This document shows, piece by piece, positions 53,306-63,400 of a stretch of DNA of 64,000 bases. The first letter of the stretch is position 1, and each line of letters opens with the position of its first letter. The stretch is taken from positions 427-64,426 of the forward strand of contig CAZEAA010000002.1 of NCBI GenBank assembly GCA_964510015.1, in the 5' to 3' direction. The notes below the pieces were generated by a model. That model saw only the letters and a list, made by a program, of their open reading frames with translations. It was not told the DNA's origin and ran no database searches. Made by a program: the position numbers and the translations under genes. The stretch is from an uncultured Sandaracinaceae bacterium (GTDB lineage Bacteria > Myxococcota_A > Polyangia > Polyangiales > Houyiibacteriaceae).

Positions 53306-55963
53306 ATGAGTGAACGTTCCAGTACCAGCTCGACGGATTCGCGGCAGGAGCGCGGGCAGCATCGAGACCTGGTCTCGAGCTTGAGCTGGCACGTTCGACG
53401 CGCGATGCTCGTCGGCGTCGCCGCGTTCATGCTGGTGGGGGCGCTGTACCTCGTGGCCCCGCCGGCACAGCCCGCTCGCACCATCGCCGCGCTGAGCATG
53501 GGGCTGGCGCTGGGGTGCGCCTTGCTGGCGATGGTCACCCGTCTGCTCCCGCCTCGCCACGGGCTCGCGCTCGCGTTCGTGGCCGCCACGCTGGTGGCGG
53601 TGCATCCGCTGGGCATCATCCTGCTCTCGCAGCACCCCGACCAGACGGTCGTGATCGTGTTCTGCATGCTGACCGGCGCGGGCGTCGTCCCGAGCGCGGC
53701 GGTCTCCGTGTACCTCACCCTCTTGTTGATGGTCGGCTGGTTGCTGTTGCGCCCGCCCATGGAGCCGAGCGTCTCGGCCCACTGGATGGTCAACGTGCTG
53801 GTTTCCGCGGCCGCGGCCGTCGTCATCGCCGCCGTGCGCGAGCGCTTCGTGCGCACCATCGGTGTGCTGGCGAAGCAAGACGAAGAGTCGCGCAGGCGCC
53901 TCGTGGCTCAGACGCGCGAGGTGGCCGAGGCGCGCGACGCTGCGCTCGAGTCCGCCCGCGCCAAGGGTCGCTTCCTGGCGAACATGAGCCACGAGATCCG
54001 CACGCCACTCAATGGAATCATCGGCATGCTCTCGCTGCTGCGTCGCACGCCCCTTCACGCGGATCAAGAGCGGTATCTCGACGACGTCGTGCGCTCGAGC
54101 GAGCTGCTGATGGCCATCGTCAACGACATCCTCGACGTGTCGAAGATCGAAGCTGGCGCCGTTGAACTCGAGCTGGTGGCCTTCGACATCGCCGATCTCA
54201 TGGAGGAGGTCGCGTCCGCACACGCCGCCACGGCGCTCCATCGCGGCATCGAGCTGATCGCGGACGTCGACGCCAACCTGCCGAAGCAGGTCATCGGCGA
54301 CCCGCTGCGCGTGCGTCAGATCGTGACCAACCTGGTCTCGAACGCGATCAAGTTCACCGCGTCAGGCGAGGTGGTGCTCTCCGCGCGTCAGCTACGGGTG
54401 ACGCCCGCGGGCATGGTCAGGCTGCGCTTGGCGGTCACCGACACCGGCGTGGGCATCCCGGCGGACAAGCTGTCCACCATCTTCAATCCATTCTCGCAGG
54501 CCGACACGTCCACCACGCGGCAGTTCGGCGGCACCGGGCTCGGGCTCACCATTTGTCGGCAGCTCGCGAGCCTGATGGGGAGCGACCTGCGCGTGGACAG
54601 CGTGGAGGGTCAGGGCAGCTCGTTCCACTTCGAGCTGGAGCTCGAGAAAGAGGATCTTCGCACCACGCGCGGTCTGAAGGTCAACGAGCGCCTGTGGAAC
54701 GCACACATCCTGATCATGGACGCGTCCGAGCGCATGCGCGCCACGCTCCAGTCGCAGCTGGGTGCGTGGGGACTCGAGACGGTGCTGTGCTCCACCCCGG
54801 ACGAAGCGGCGCGCGCGGCCGCCGAGTTCGCGAGCGCCGGGCGACCGCTCGACGTCGCCATCGTGGACGTGACCAGCCTGGGTCAGCCCATCTTGTCGAA
54901 CGCGCAGGAGCTGGGCGCCACGCTCGCGCCGCTGGGCTGCACCATGATCGCGATGGGCTCGGCGCTCGGGGAGGTTCGGCAGCAGCTCGACGTATGCGGG
55001 TTCGTGACGGACTTGCCGAAGCCGATCCATCGCAACCGACTCTTGGATGCGCTCAACGCCGCGCTCGCCGCCGAGCCGATCGTGCCGCAGGTGGGGGCTC
55101 CGCCCTCGGAGGTCCCGCCCAGCGCCTTGACCGACGCGGCGCGCGCGGAGGTGGTGCCCAACGGTCTGGTGGTGTTGGTGGCCGAGGACAACGAGACGAA
55201 CCAGCGGGTGGCCGTCGCGCAGCTCCGTGCGCTCGGCTACGCCGCGGACGTGGTGGCGGACGGCACGGCCGCGCTGGCGGCGCTCGAGGCGCGCACGCCG
55301 CCCTACGCGTGTGTCCTGATGGATGGACAGATGCCGGTGATGGACGGCTACGCGACCACCCGCGAAGTGCGCCTTCGAGAGGCGCGGACAGGGCGCGCCC
55401 GCGTGCCCATCGTGGCGCTGACGGCGAACGCCATGGCCGGCGACCGCGAGCGCGCGCTCCGGGCGGGGATGGACGCCTACCTGGCGAAGCCGTTCACCCT
55501 CGAGCAGCTCGACCAGACCCTGCGTGAGTGCTGCGCAGCGCCCGCCGATGGGGTACCTTCCTCGGGCATGGACGAGCGGGATACATCTGCGAGGCCCGAG
55601 ACTGCGGACGACTGGCGCGAGACGCTCGACACCACCATCGTGGACCAGCTGCTGATGCTGGAGCGTGGGAGCCCGGGCTTCTTCGGACAGGTCGTGGAGA
55701 CCTACCTGTCCACCAGCGACGAGAACCTGAGCGAGCTGGTGGACGCGGCCCGCGCGGGGGACAAGAAGCTCATGCAGCGCAAGGCCCACGCGCTGGTGGG
55801 GAGCAGTCGTCAGGTCGGGGCTGCGCGTGTGGGCGAGCTGTGCGTGGCCATCGAGCGCGCGGCCTCCATCGCCGAGGCCGAGGCTCAGCTCCCCGCCCTC
55901 GAAGACGAGCTCGCGCGTGCCCAGGTGGCGCTGGTGGCTGCGGTCAAGAGCCTCGGTGCCTAG
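53306..55963 (+). CDS. Hybrid sensor histidine kinase/response regulator with Hpt (TM sensor-HisKA-HATPase-REC-like-REC-Hpt)
   Basis: Track ORF 53267..55963, with the start set at ATG 53306. It has the H-box MSHEIRTPLNG, the G2 box GGTGLGLTICR, REC motifs VLVAEDNETNQ...MDGQMPVMDG...LAKPF, and Hpt HALVGSSRQVGA. Confidence 0.85.
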   Translation: MSERSSTSSTDSRQERGQHRDLVSSLSWHVRRAMLVGVAAFMLVGALYLVAPPAQPARTIAALSMGLALGCALLAMVTRLLPPRHGLALAFVAATLVAVHPLGIILLSQHPDQTVVIVFCMLTGAGVVPSAAVSVYLTLLLMVGWLLLRPPMEPSVSAHWMVNVLVSAAAAVVIAAVRERFVRTIGVLAKQDEESRRRLVAQTREVAEARDAALESARAKGRFLANMSHEIRTPLNGIIGMLSLLRRTPLHADQERYLDDVVRSSELLMAIVNDILDVSKIEAGAVELELVAFDIADLMEEVASAHAATALHRGIELIADVDANLPKQVIGDPLRVRQIVTNLVSNAIKFTASGEVVLSARQLRVTPAGMVRLRLAVTDTGVGIPADKLSTIFNPFSQADTSTTRQFGGTGLGLTICRQLASLMGSDLRVDSVEGQGSSFHFELELEKEDLRTTRGLKVNERLWNAHILIMDASERMRATLQSQLGAWGLETVLCSTPDEAARAAAEFASAGRPLDVAIVDVTSLGQPILSNAQELGATLAPLGCTMIAMGSALGEVRQQLDVCGFVTDLPKPIHRNRLLDALNAALAAEPIVPQVGAPPSEVPPSALTDAARAEVVPNGLVVLVAEDNETNQRVAVAQLRALGYAADVVADGTAALAALEARTPPYACVLMDGQMPVMDGYATTREVRLREARTGRARVPIVALTANAMAGDRERALRAGMDAYLAKPFTLEQLDQTLRECCAAPADGVPSSGMDERDTSARPETADDWRETLDTTIVDQLLMLERGSPGFFGQVVETYLSTSDENLSELVDAARAGDKKLMQRKAHALVGSSRQVGAARVGELCVAIERAASIAEAEAQLPALEDELARAQVALVAAVKSLGA

Positions 55964-56123
55964 AGCGCATCTCATGACCCTCTCGGTCGCCTCGCTGGCG
56001 GGGTGCGCCCGCTCTGTCTCGTCCCTGCTCCTCCAGAATGCTTCGGCATTCTGTCGTCCCATGGACAGCCAGTTCGGGCACACCGCGCTGCGCGATGCTC
56101 GGTCGAGGGTTATGAGATGCGCT
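55964..56123. other. 160-nt element closed by a 19-bp inverted repeat, with internal 8-bp/UUCG hairpin (structured RNA or MITE-like)
   Basis: AGCGCATCTCATGACCCTC (55964-82) pairs with GAGGGTTATGAGATGCGCT (56105-23). This is 18/19 complementary, and the mismatch is a G-U wobble in RNA. The internal hairpin CAGAATGC-TTCG-GCATTCTG is at 56034-53. The element starts immediately after the kinase TAG stop. Confidence 0.5.
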
Positions 56124-56177
56124 CGAGGGCGTGCACGGGAACGCGCGGACGGTGCTCGAGCGTTGACCGGGAGACCA

Positions 56178-58265
56178 ATGACACCAACCGCACGCTACGG
56201 GTCAGTCGCTTCCCTCTCTCTCTTGGTCGCGTGCCTCACGCCGCTCACGGGGTGTGGCGGCTCTGGACAGTCGCGACCGCTCACCGCCGCGACGGTGCAG
56301 CGGGCATCCCTCGGCTTCCAGCACCGCCTGTCGCTCAGCACCTACATGCTGTGCGACAGCGCTGGGGGCGGGATGCGCTGTCGTGGTCTCCATGCCCTCG
56401 ACACGGAGGAAGAGGGCTGGATGAGCTACCCCGGCGACTACGGCCTCGTGTCCGTCGGGAGCCTGATGCATTGCGGCTTGCAGAACGGAGAGGTCGTCTG
56501 CTGGGGCGACGACCCGGTGGACGGCTCGGCGGACTCGCTGCACCAGGCGCTCTGCATCGACCAGTCGTTCCACGGCCTGACGGGGGTGCGCGAGCTGGCC
56601 TTGCACGAAGACACCGGCTGCGTGGTCACCAGCACGGGAGTGGCGCGCTGCTGGGGTGCCACCCTGGCGCTCGAGGACTACCACGACTTCGGCATGTACG
56701 ACGTCGTCCGAGGTGCGCACGGGCTGGCGGTGGGTGCCGCGCAGGGATGCGCCCTGACCGCGTCGGGGGTGCGTTGCTGGGGCGACCCCGTCGGTCTGCC
56801 GGACGCGGATGAACCCCTGCCTGCGGGACGGGCCTACGGCGTCACCGTGCCCGATCCGGCCCAGGTCGTGGTGGGGGACGGCTTCGCGTGCGCGCGGAGC
56901 ACGGATCGGCGGGTTTTCTGCTGGGGCTACGACTCTCACGGCACCCTCGGACGCGGGCCACTCGATCCCGCCGAGCAGCACGCCCCTCGCGAGGTCCCCG
57001 ACCTGCGGGCCGTGGACCTCGTGTCGTCGAGCGACAACGTGTGTGCGCGTACGGAGCAGGGTCAGACCTTCTGCTGGGGCGGGAACACCTCGGGGCAGCT
57101 GGGCCTCGGCCATACGCGACGTGTGGAGACACCCACCCACGTGCCGGCTCTCGATGCCGCAGTGGACCTGGCGCTCTCGGCGGAGGCCATGTGCGCGCGC
57201 TTCGACGACCAGAGCGTGCGGTGCGCAGGCGACCTCACGGCGGTGATGGCTGGGCATACGATCGAGGTCATGGGGCCGCAGCGCTTGGCAGGAGTGGTGG
57301 CGACGCGCCTTCACCTGTCCGACCACGCAGCCTGCTTCAGCACGGCGCAGGGTGTGCGCTGCGTGGGTGGCGGTGGCTACCTGCGGCGCGGCCATCAGGA
57401 GGCCGCGGCGGGTTGGGCACCAACCCTCCCGGTGGCGGGCGACATCACGGATCTCGCCCTCCAGTCCGAGAGCCCGTGTGTTCGCTTGCAGGACGGGCGG
57501 CTGCGCTGCGACCAACATCCCTTTCTCGTCGAGCAGACCGGAACGCTGGCGTTCGAGTCCCGCGGGTCGCGCGCCTGCTTCGTGGACGCGGCGCATCGGG
57601 TTCACTGCTGGGTGCGTGGGCGCAACGAAGCGCCGGCTCGGCTGGCCGGGCTCGATGACGCGGTGGAAATCGCGATGACCCTCGACCGCGTGTGTGCCAT
57701 CACCGCCGGCGGGAGCCTCGTCTGTCGGCCTTGGGACCCGCAGCGCCCGACCGTCGCGAGCGGGCTCTCGTCCAACCTGACCGACTTCGTCGCGCTCGCC
57801 GTGAGCAGCAACTCGACGTGCGCCCTCCGCCAGGGTGGCCAGGTCCTGTGTTGGGACGGGGTCACGCCACACTCGGGGGAGATCACGGGCATCAGCGCAT
57901 TGGCCACCGCGTCTGGCCAGATGTGTGGCATCGAAGGGGGCCGCGTTCGATGCCTCGAGTTCCAACAGCACGCCATGTCGCTCGGGGACCCGCTCCCGGA
58001 GATCGAGGGTGCGGTGGAGCTGGCCTCCGCGGCCAACTACTTCTGCGCGCGCGATGGAAGTGGCGCCGTGTGGTGCTGGGGGAAGAACGACAGCGCGCAG
58101 CTCGGCGTGCTGCCCCCCACCGTGCGTCTCGCGTTCACCGCGCTCTCGGACCAGGAAGCAACGCCCGTGGACCCTGCCTCCTTCGCCTGCCAGGGCACGG
58201 TGGAGTACGACGGCTACGAGACGTACGACGAGTACGGGGAAGAGTACGAAGACGACGGCTTCTGA
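56178..58265 (+). CDS. RCC1-repeat lipoprotein (beta-propeller)
   Basis: Track ORF 55827..58265. The start is ATG 56178 (lipobox LTGC). It has repeated C(W)G.N..GQLG-type blades (FCWGGNTSGQLGLG, FCWGYDSHGTLGRG, WCWGKNDSAQLG). The C-terminal tail is acidic and Tyr-rich. Confidence 0.75.
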   Translation: MTPTARYGSVASLSLLVACLTPLTGCGGSGQSRPLTAATVQRASLGFQHRLSLSTYMLCDSAGGGMRCRGLHALDTEEEGWMSYPGDYGLVSVGSLMHCGLQNGEVVCWGDDPVDGSADSLHQALCIDQSFHGLTGVRELALHEDTGCVVTSTGVARCWGATLALEDYHDFGMYDVVRGAHGLAVGAAQGCALTASGVRCWGDPVGLPDADEPLPAGRAYGVTVPDPAQVVVGDGFACARSTDRRVFCWGYDSHGTLGRGPLDPAEQHAPREVPDLRAVDLVSSSDNVCARTEQGQTFCWGGNTSGQLGLGHTRRVETPTHVPALDAAVDLALSAEAMCARFDDQSVRCAGDLTAVMAGHTIEVMGPQRLAGVVATRLHLSDHAACFSTAQGVRCVGGGGYLRRGHQEAAAGWAPTLPVAGDITDLALQSESPCVRLQDGRLRCDQHPFLVEQTGTLAFESRGSRACFVDAAHRVHCWVRGRNEAPARLAGLDDAVEIAMTLDRVCAITAGGSLVCRPWDPQRPTVASGLSSNLTDFVALAVSSNSTCALRQGGQVLCWDGVTPHSGEITGISALATASGQMCGIEGGRVRCLEFQQHAMSLGDPLPEIEGAVELASAANYFCARDGSGAVWCWGKNDSAQLGVLPPTVRLAFTALSDQEATPVDPASFACQGTVEYDGYETYDEYGEEYEDDGF

Positions 58266-58287
58266 GGGCTACTGAGGGCCCCGCGCG

Positions 58288-58953
58288 CTACTGCGGCACG
58301 CCAGCCATGACCGTGGCGAAGCGGTCGCCCGACACGTCCACGAAGATGCCCTCGGCGCTGGCCGTGCGCGTGGTGCCGGCGAGGACCTGCCCCTTCAGCT
58401 TGAAGCGCCGCCCGCTGTGCTCGGCGATGTAGCCCTCGCACCGCAGCGGCACGCCCAACGGGGTGGGCGCGTGGTAGCGCACGTTCAGCGTCGCGGTGAC
58501 CACGGACACGCCGGTCGAGATGGCCGCGTGGCCCAGCACCTCGTCGAGCAGCGTGGCCACCACGCCCCCGTGCACCAGGCCGGGCGCCCCGCCGTGCGCG
58601 GGCCCGAGCGTGATCTCGCCCACCACCAAGTCCCCCTCGCGGCGCAGCACCATGGGGCCCGCCACGGGGTTGCTCTTCCCCAGCATCGCCCCGCGGTCCA
58701 CGAAGCGCAGCGGCTCGGCCAGGTAGCTGCCATTGCGAAACGCGTCTTGCGATGCACTACGCGGCAGCTCGGCCAGCCGTCGCTCGAGCGCCCGCACGCT
58801 CTCGGTCGCGGCCCGCAGCGTGTCGGCGTCGGCGCGCGTCTCGATGCAGCGCTCGATCAGTCCACGCAGCGCGCTGGCCAGCTCGCGCTGTGCCGCCCAG
58901 TCGTCCGAGCCGGCGGTCTCGGGTGGCTTCATCCACGTCATGGGGTCCGACAT
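58288..58953 (-). CDS. PaaI-family hotdog-fold thioesterase with N-terminal extension
   Basis: Real part of track ORF 58288..59421. The start is ATG 58953 (58965 is also possible). PGLVHGGVVATLLDEVLG is the PaaI/4HBT motif. Confidence 0.65.
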   Translation of the reverse strand: MSDPMTWMKPPETAGSDDWAAQRELASALRGLIERCIETRADADTLRAATESVRALERRLAELPRSASQDAFRNGSYLAEPLRFVDRGAMLGKSNPVAGPMVLRREGDLVVGEITLGPAHGGAPGLVHGGVVATLLDEVLGHAAISTGVSVVTATLNVRYHAPTPLGVPLRCEGYIAEHSGRRFKLKGQVLAGTTRTASAEGIFVDVSGDRFATVMAGVPQ

Positions 58954-59033
58954 GCGGCGCAGCATGACCCGAAGGCGGCGCGCGGGCCGCTCCCTGCGCT
59001 CGTTTCCCGCGGGACCGGCTGGCAGCGTGCAAA

Positions 59034-59049
59034 TGTGACGTTTGTCACG
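59034..59049. promoter_or_regulatory. CRP/FNR-type site candidate TGTGA-N6-TCACG
   Basis: aaaTGTGAcgtttgTCACGcc matches 9/10 of the TGTGA-N6-TCACA core. It lies in the divergent region between the thioesterase and phoX-like genes, 56 nt before ATG 59105. Confidence 0.25.
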
Positions 59050-59104
59050 CCCGTCGCGGCGTTGTCGCTTGGGGATGTGCCACCGGGTGTGAATAATCGC
59101 CCGC

Positions 59105-60355
59105 ATGACGACTCGCCCGCCCGCCACCTCACTCAGCCGTCGAGGCTTCCTCCAACGCAGCGCCGCTGGCACGGGGGCGCTCTTGCTGGGGCCCACGCTC
59201 CTCGGGCCCACGGTCGCGGGCTGCGGTGGCGGTGACGGCGCCGTCAGCGTGCCCACCCCCGCGGCGGGCGACCTCACGCGCCACGGGGCGCTCGGCGCCG
59301 CCAACGAGTTCGGCATGCGCCTCCCCGCGGGCTTCACGGGCCGCATCATCGCCACCTCGGACCAGCCGGTCATCGAAGGGCAGGAGTACGTGTGGCACGA
59401 CTTCCCGGACGGCGGCGCCACGTTCGAGACCGAAGATCAGGGCTACATCTACGTGTCCAACTCCGAGATCCCCATCGTGCGGGGCCGCTCGGGCGTGGGC
59501 GCCATCCGCTTCGATCGCGACGGCAACATCCTCGACGCGTACGCCAGCCTGACGGGCTCCACCTGGAATTGCTCGGGCGGCGCCACGCCGTGGGGCACCT
59601 GGCTCTCGGGCGAAGAGCGCGAGCAAGGCTTGGTCTGGGAGTGCGACCCCACGGGCGCCACGGCGGGTGTGGAGCGCCCGGCCCTGGGGCTCTTCATCCA
59701 CGAGGCGGTGGTGGTGGACCCCGTGCGCATGCGCCTCTACCTCACCGAGGACACCACGAACGGTCGCTTCTATCGCTTCACCCCCGACGCGCTCGACGCG
59801 GACGGCAACGCGATCCTCACAGCGGGCACCCTCGAGGTGATGCGCGTGACCAGCGGCGACGTAGGGGCGGTCACGTGGCTCGAGGTCCCCGACCCGAGCG
59901 CCGAGCTGGTGCCAACCCGCTTGCAGGTGCCGGAGAGCACCGCCTTCACGGGCGGCGAGGGCGTCTGGTACCACGAGGACGAGGTCTACTTCACCACCAA
60001 GGGCGACGACCGCATCTGGGCGCACCACGTGGTGGATGACACGCTGCGCATCGTCTACGACTCGAACGAAGTGGCGGATCCCATCCTGCAGGGCGTGGAC
60101 TTCATCCTCGCCACCAGCGCGGGAGACCTGCTGGTAGCCGAGGACGGCGACGACATGCAGGTGGTGGCCATCTCGCCGAGCGGCGACGTGGTGCCGCTCG
60201 TGCAGATCGACGGCCACGACGGCTCCGAGATCACGGGCCTGGCCTTCGACCCCACGCTGCGGCGCTTGTACTTCAGCTCGCAGCGCGGTGTGACGGGCAC
60301 GGGCACGGGCGTCACCTTCGAGGTGACGGGGCCCTTCTTCGGGCCCCTCGGCTGA
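59105..60355 (+). CDS. Tat-exported DUF839/PhoX-like beta-propeller protein (putative phosphatase)
   Basis: Track ORF, 416 aa. It has the twin-arginine signal SRRGFLQRSAAG followed by the lipobox VAGC. NCSGGATPWGTWLSGEE is the PhoX/DUF839 hallmark. Confidence 0.7.
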   Translation: MTTRPPATSLSRRGFLQRSAAGTGALLLGPTLLGPTVAGCGGGDGAVSVPTPAAGDLTRHGALGAANEFGMRLPAGFTGRIIATSDQPVIEGQEYVWHDFPDGGATFETEDQGYIYVSNSEIPIVRGRSGVGAIRFDRDGNILDAYASLTGSTWNCSGGATPWGTWLSGEEREQGLVWECDPTGATAGVERPALGLFIHEAVVVDPVRMRLYLTEDTTNGRFYRFTPDALDADGNAILTAGTLEVMRVTSGDVGAVTWLEVPDPSAELVPTRLQVPESTAFTGGEGVWYHEDEVYFTTKGDDRIWAHHVVDDTLRIVYDSNEVADPILQGVDFILATSAGDLLVAEDGDDMQVVAISPSGDVVPLVQIDGHDGSEITGLAFDPTLRRLYFSSQRGVTGTGTGVTFEVTGPFFGPLG

Positions 60356-60363
60356 CACTCGAG

Positions 60364-60396
60364 GTGACGGGGCCCTTCTTCGGGCCCCTCCGTCAC
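60364..60396 (+). terminator. Strong hairpin GTGACGGGGCCC-TTCTTC-GGGCCCC(TCC)GTCAC after the phoX-like gene
   Basis: It forms 7 bp + 5 bp of stem with a 3-nt bulge, 9 nt after the stop. There is no U-tract. The hairpin lies in a 32-bp copy (60359-60390) of the gene's last codons (60318-60349). Confidence 0.4.
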
Positions 60397-60469
60397 GTCG
60401 CTCCGAGCAGGGCGCGGCGCCATGTAGCGCCCGGCTCAGGGGTGCGCGCCGCTCGAGGCAGCGCGCGGC

Positions 60470-63400
60470 TCAGGGCTGCGCGTTGCAGAGCGCGCCGCTC
60501 AGGACACCGCTGCGGCAGAGGTCCAAGCAGACCTCGCCCGTGAGGTAACCCAGACGGCAGAGGCGGGCCTTTTCGTCTTCCGTCATCTGGTCCTCGGAGA
60601 CCTCCACGCGCTCTGCCTGTCCCTCGGCGGCCCAGCGCGCGCGCTCGGCCATGATGGTGCGCAGCCCCGCGACCTCTTCCGCGCTGCTGGCCTCGCTCGC
60701 GTGGTCGTGCTGCTCGCGCGGATCGTCGTCCACGTGGAACAGCTCGGTGGTGGGCAGGCCGCGCGGGTTGCCCTCGTTCGCGGTGATCAGCTTGCGCTCG
60801 CTCATCCCGGTGCGGACGCGCACCGACTCGAGCACGTTCTCGGCGTGGCTCTCTTCGGCGTACACGGTGTCGGTGCCGGTGAAGAGGTCACCCCCCTGCA
60901 CGCCCTCGGGCACCTCGAGGCCCTGCTGACGCAGCAGCGTGGGCATGATGTCGATGCTCTGCACCCAGTGGCGCAGCACCGTGCCGCCGCGCGCGTTGCC
61001 CGGCAGCTTCACGAAGAGGGGCACGCGCAGCTGCTCGTCGTACAGCGTGTCGCCGTGCCAGAAGCCGCCGTGGTCGCAGAACTCCTCGCCGTGGTCGGAG
61101 GTCACGATGATGGTCATGTCGTCGTACAGGCCGCGCCGCTGCAGCTCGGCCACCAGCGCGCCGAAGTGCTCGTCCCAGTAGGTGATCTCGCCGTCGTACA
61201 GGCGACGCAGCGCGGGGGCCTCCTCGGGGCGCGGGTTCTGGTGCGCGGCGCGCGAGTAGCCGTTGCCCGAGTACGGGTGCTCGAAGTACGGGTCGTGCGG
61301 GTCCATGTAGCCCGCCATCAGCATCCACGGGCGGTCCGAGGGCGCGCGCTCGAGCCACGCGAACAGCTCGCGGTTCACGGTCTCGGCGTCTTGGTAGTCG
61401 TCACCGGGCGCGATGATGTCGAACAGGCCGTTGAACTTCTCGCGCACGCGGCGCGCCACCTGCAGGATCAGCAGCTTGCTCGAGTCCGCGTCCGCGCCCA
61501 GCACGAAGCGCGGCTCGAGGAAGCGGTACTCGTCGAAGCCCTGCCCGAAGTTGAAGCGCGGCTCCACGTTGAAGTTGGTCATGAAGCCGCCGGTCACGAA
61601 CCCGCGCGCGCTCATGGCCTCGGCCATGGTGGTGACCTCCTCCGGCAGACGCGAGCCCTTGCCCATCACCGTGTGGCTGCTCGGCATGCGGCCCGTCATG
61701 ATCGAGGCGAAGCTCGGACGGGTCCAGCTGGCGTTCGAGAAGGCCTGGTCGAAGCGCACCGCGTCGGCCGCGAAGGCGTCCAGGTTGGGGGTGTGCCCTT
61801 GCGAGTAGCCCCACGCCGGGATGTGATCGGCGCGCATGGTGTCCACCACGATGAGCAGCACGTTGCCCGCGCTGGCCGGCGGCGTGGCGCGGTTCTGGTG
61901 ATTGTTGGCGGTGGCGGGCTTGCCCACCGCGAAGGTGATGCCCACCAGCAGCGCGATGATGCCCACGAAGAAGGCGAGCGAGCCGCGCATCCCGAGCATG
62001 GGGGCGGCCACTTGCTTCTTCAGCAGGAAGCGCAGCGTCACGCTGATGACCAGGTAGAGCACGAAGCCGAAGATGGCTGCGGAGCCGAGCAGCATGAGGC
62101 CCTGCTTGCTCTTGTAGGCCAGCTCTTCGTTGAAGACGTCGCGGCGCACCAGGAAGGTGCCCAGCACGAAGCCGAACAGGCCGACGATGGCGCCGCAGTA
62201 GCGCGCATAGGCGTCCGCCTCCGGCATGGCCTCGCGCTTCATCATGCGGCTGATGTGCGCCATGACGAAGCCGCCGACGCCGCCCAGCACCGAGCAGAGC
62301 AAGGCGTAGCTCACGGCGCCGTAGACCAACGCGTTCAGGCCCGTGGGCACGGCGCTGGTGGCCACGATGACGCTGCCCTCGGCGAGGCCGATCAGCACGC
62401 CAGCCAGCATGCCCGCGCCGAAGCCCAGGATGGCCCCGCGCTTCGGCACCGACCAGCTGGCCGGGTCTCCACCGGTCTTCGCGTAGAACTCGTCCTCGCG
62501 GTTCGCTTCCTCCACCGTGATGTCGTTGCGCAGCCCTCCCTTGCGGGCGAGGAAGAACAGGCCGCCCCACGCCGACACGAACATCTCGCAGGCGAAGCCC
62601 ACCGTGGGGATGAGCACGGCCACGGCGAGCGGCAGCCCGATGGCGGGGGAGGTGTAGAGCGCCACGGCGGCGGACTCACGCAGCCCGAGGCCGTTGATGG
62701 AGATGGGGAGCAACGTGGCGAGGATCTGGAGGGACGACGCGAAGAACACGTGACCCACGCCCAGCTCGACTCCGAGCGCGCGCGCGGCGCACACGTAGAT
62801 CAGGTTGTTGAACGCGTGGACGGCCACGCCCAAGAGCGTCACCTGCACCAGCAGCAGGTTCTTGCCCTGGTAGGCGCAGACCGCGTCGATGAGCGTGTGG
62901 ATGCGCGCGCGAATGTTGGCGGGGAGGAAGCCGGCCAGCACCCGGAAGAGGTGCGGTCGCGCCAAGAACGTGAGCCCGATGCTCACGATGACGGCGAAGC
63001 CCAGGTTGACCAGCACCACGCCCATGGTGCCGATGAACGCCGAGCCGAAGACGCTGCCCATCATGACCACGAGGCCGAACGCCAGCTGCCCCATGATCAT
63101 CTCCACGCTGATCACGGCGCCGGCGCGCGCGACCTTGCCCGTGCGATCGGCGATGTCGAAGATGCGCCAGCCGCCGAAGCCGGTGAAACCACCGGGTGTG
63201 AACGCGCCCCAGAAGCGCGCGATCATGAAGGAGCCACCCAGGAAGCGCCACGGCGCGTGGATGCCCTGTCCCACCAAGAGGCGCTGCCAGCGCACGATGG
63301 CGCACACGATGGCGCTCAGCTGCATCCCCACGGCGGCGAGCACCCAGCGCATGTCCAGGTTGGCGATGCGCTCCTTCAGGTCGTCGGCGCCATCCCGCGC

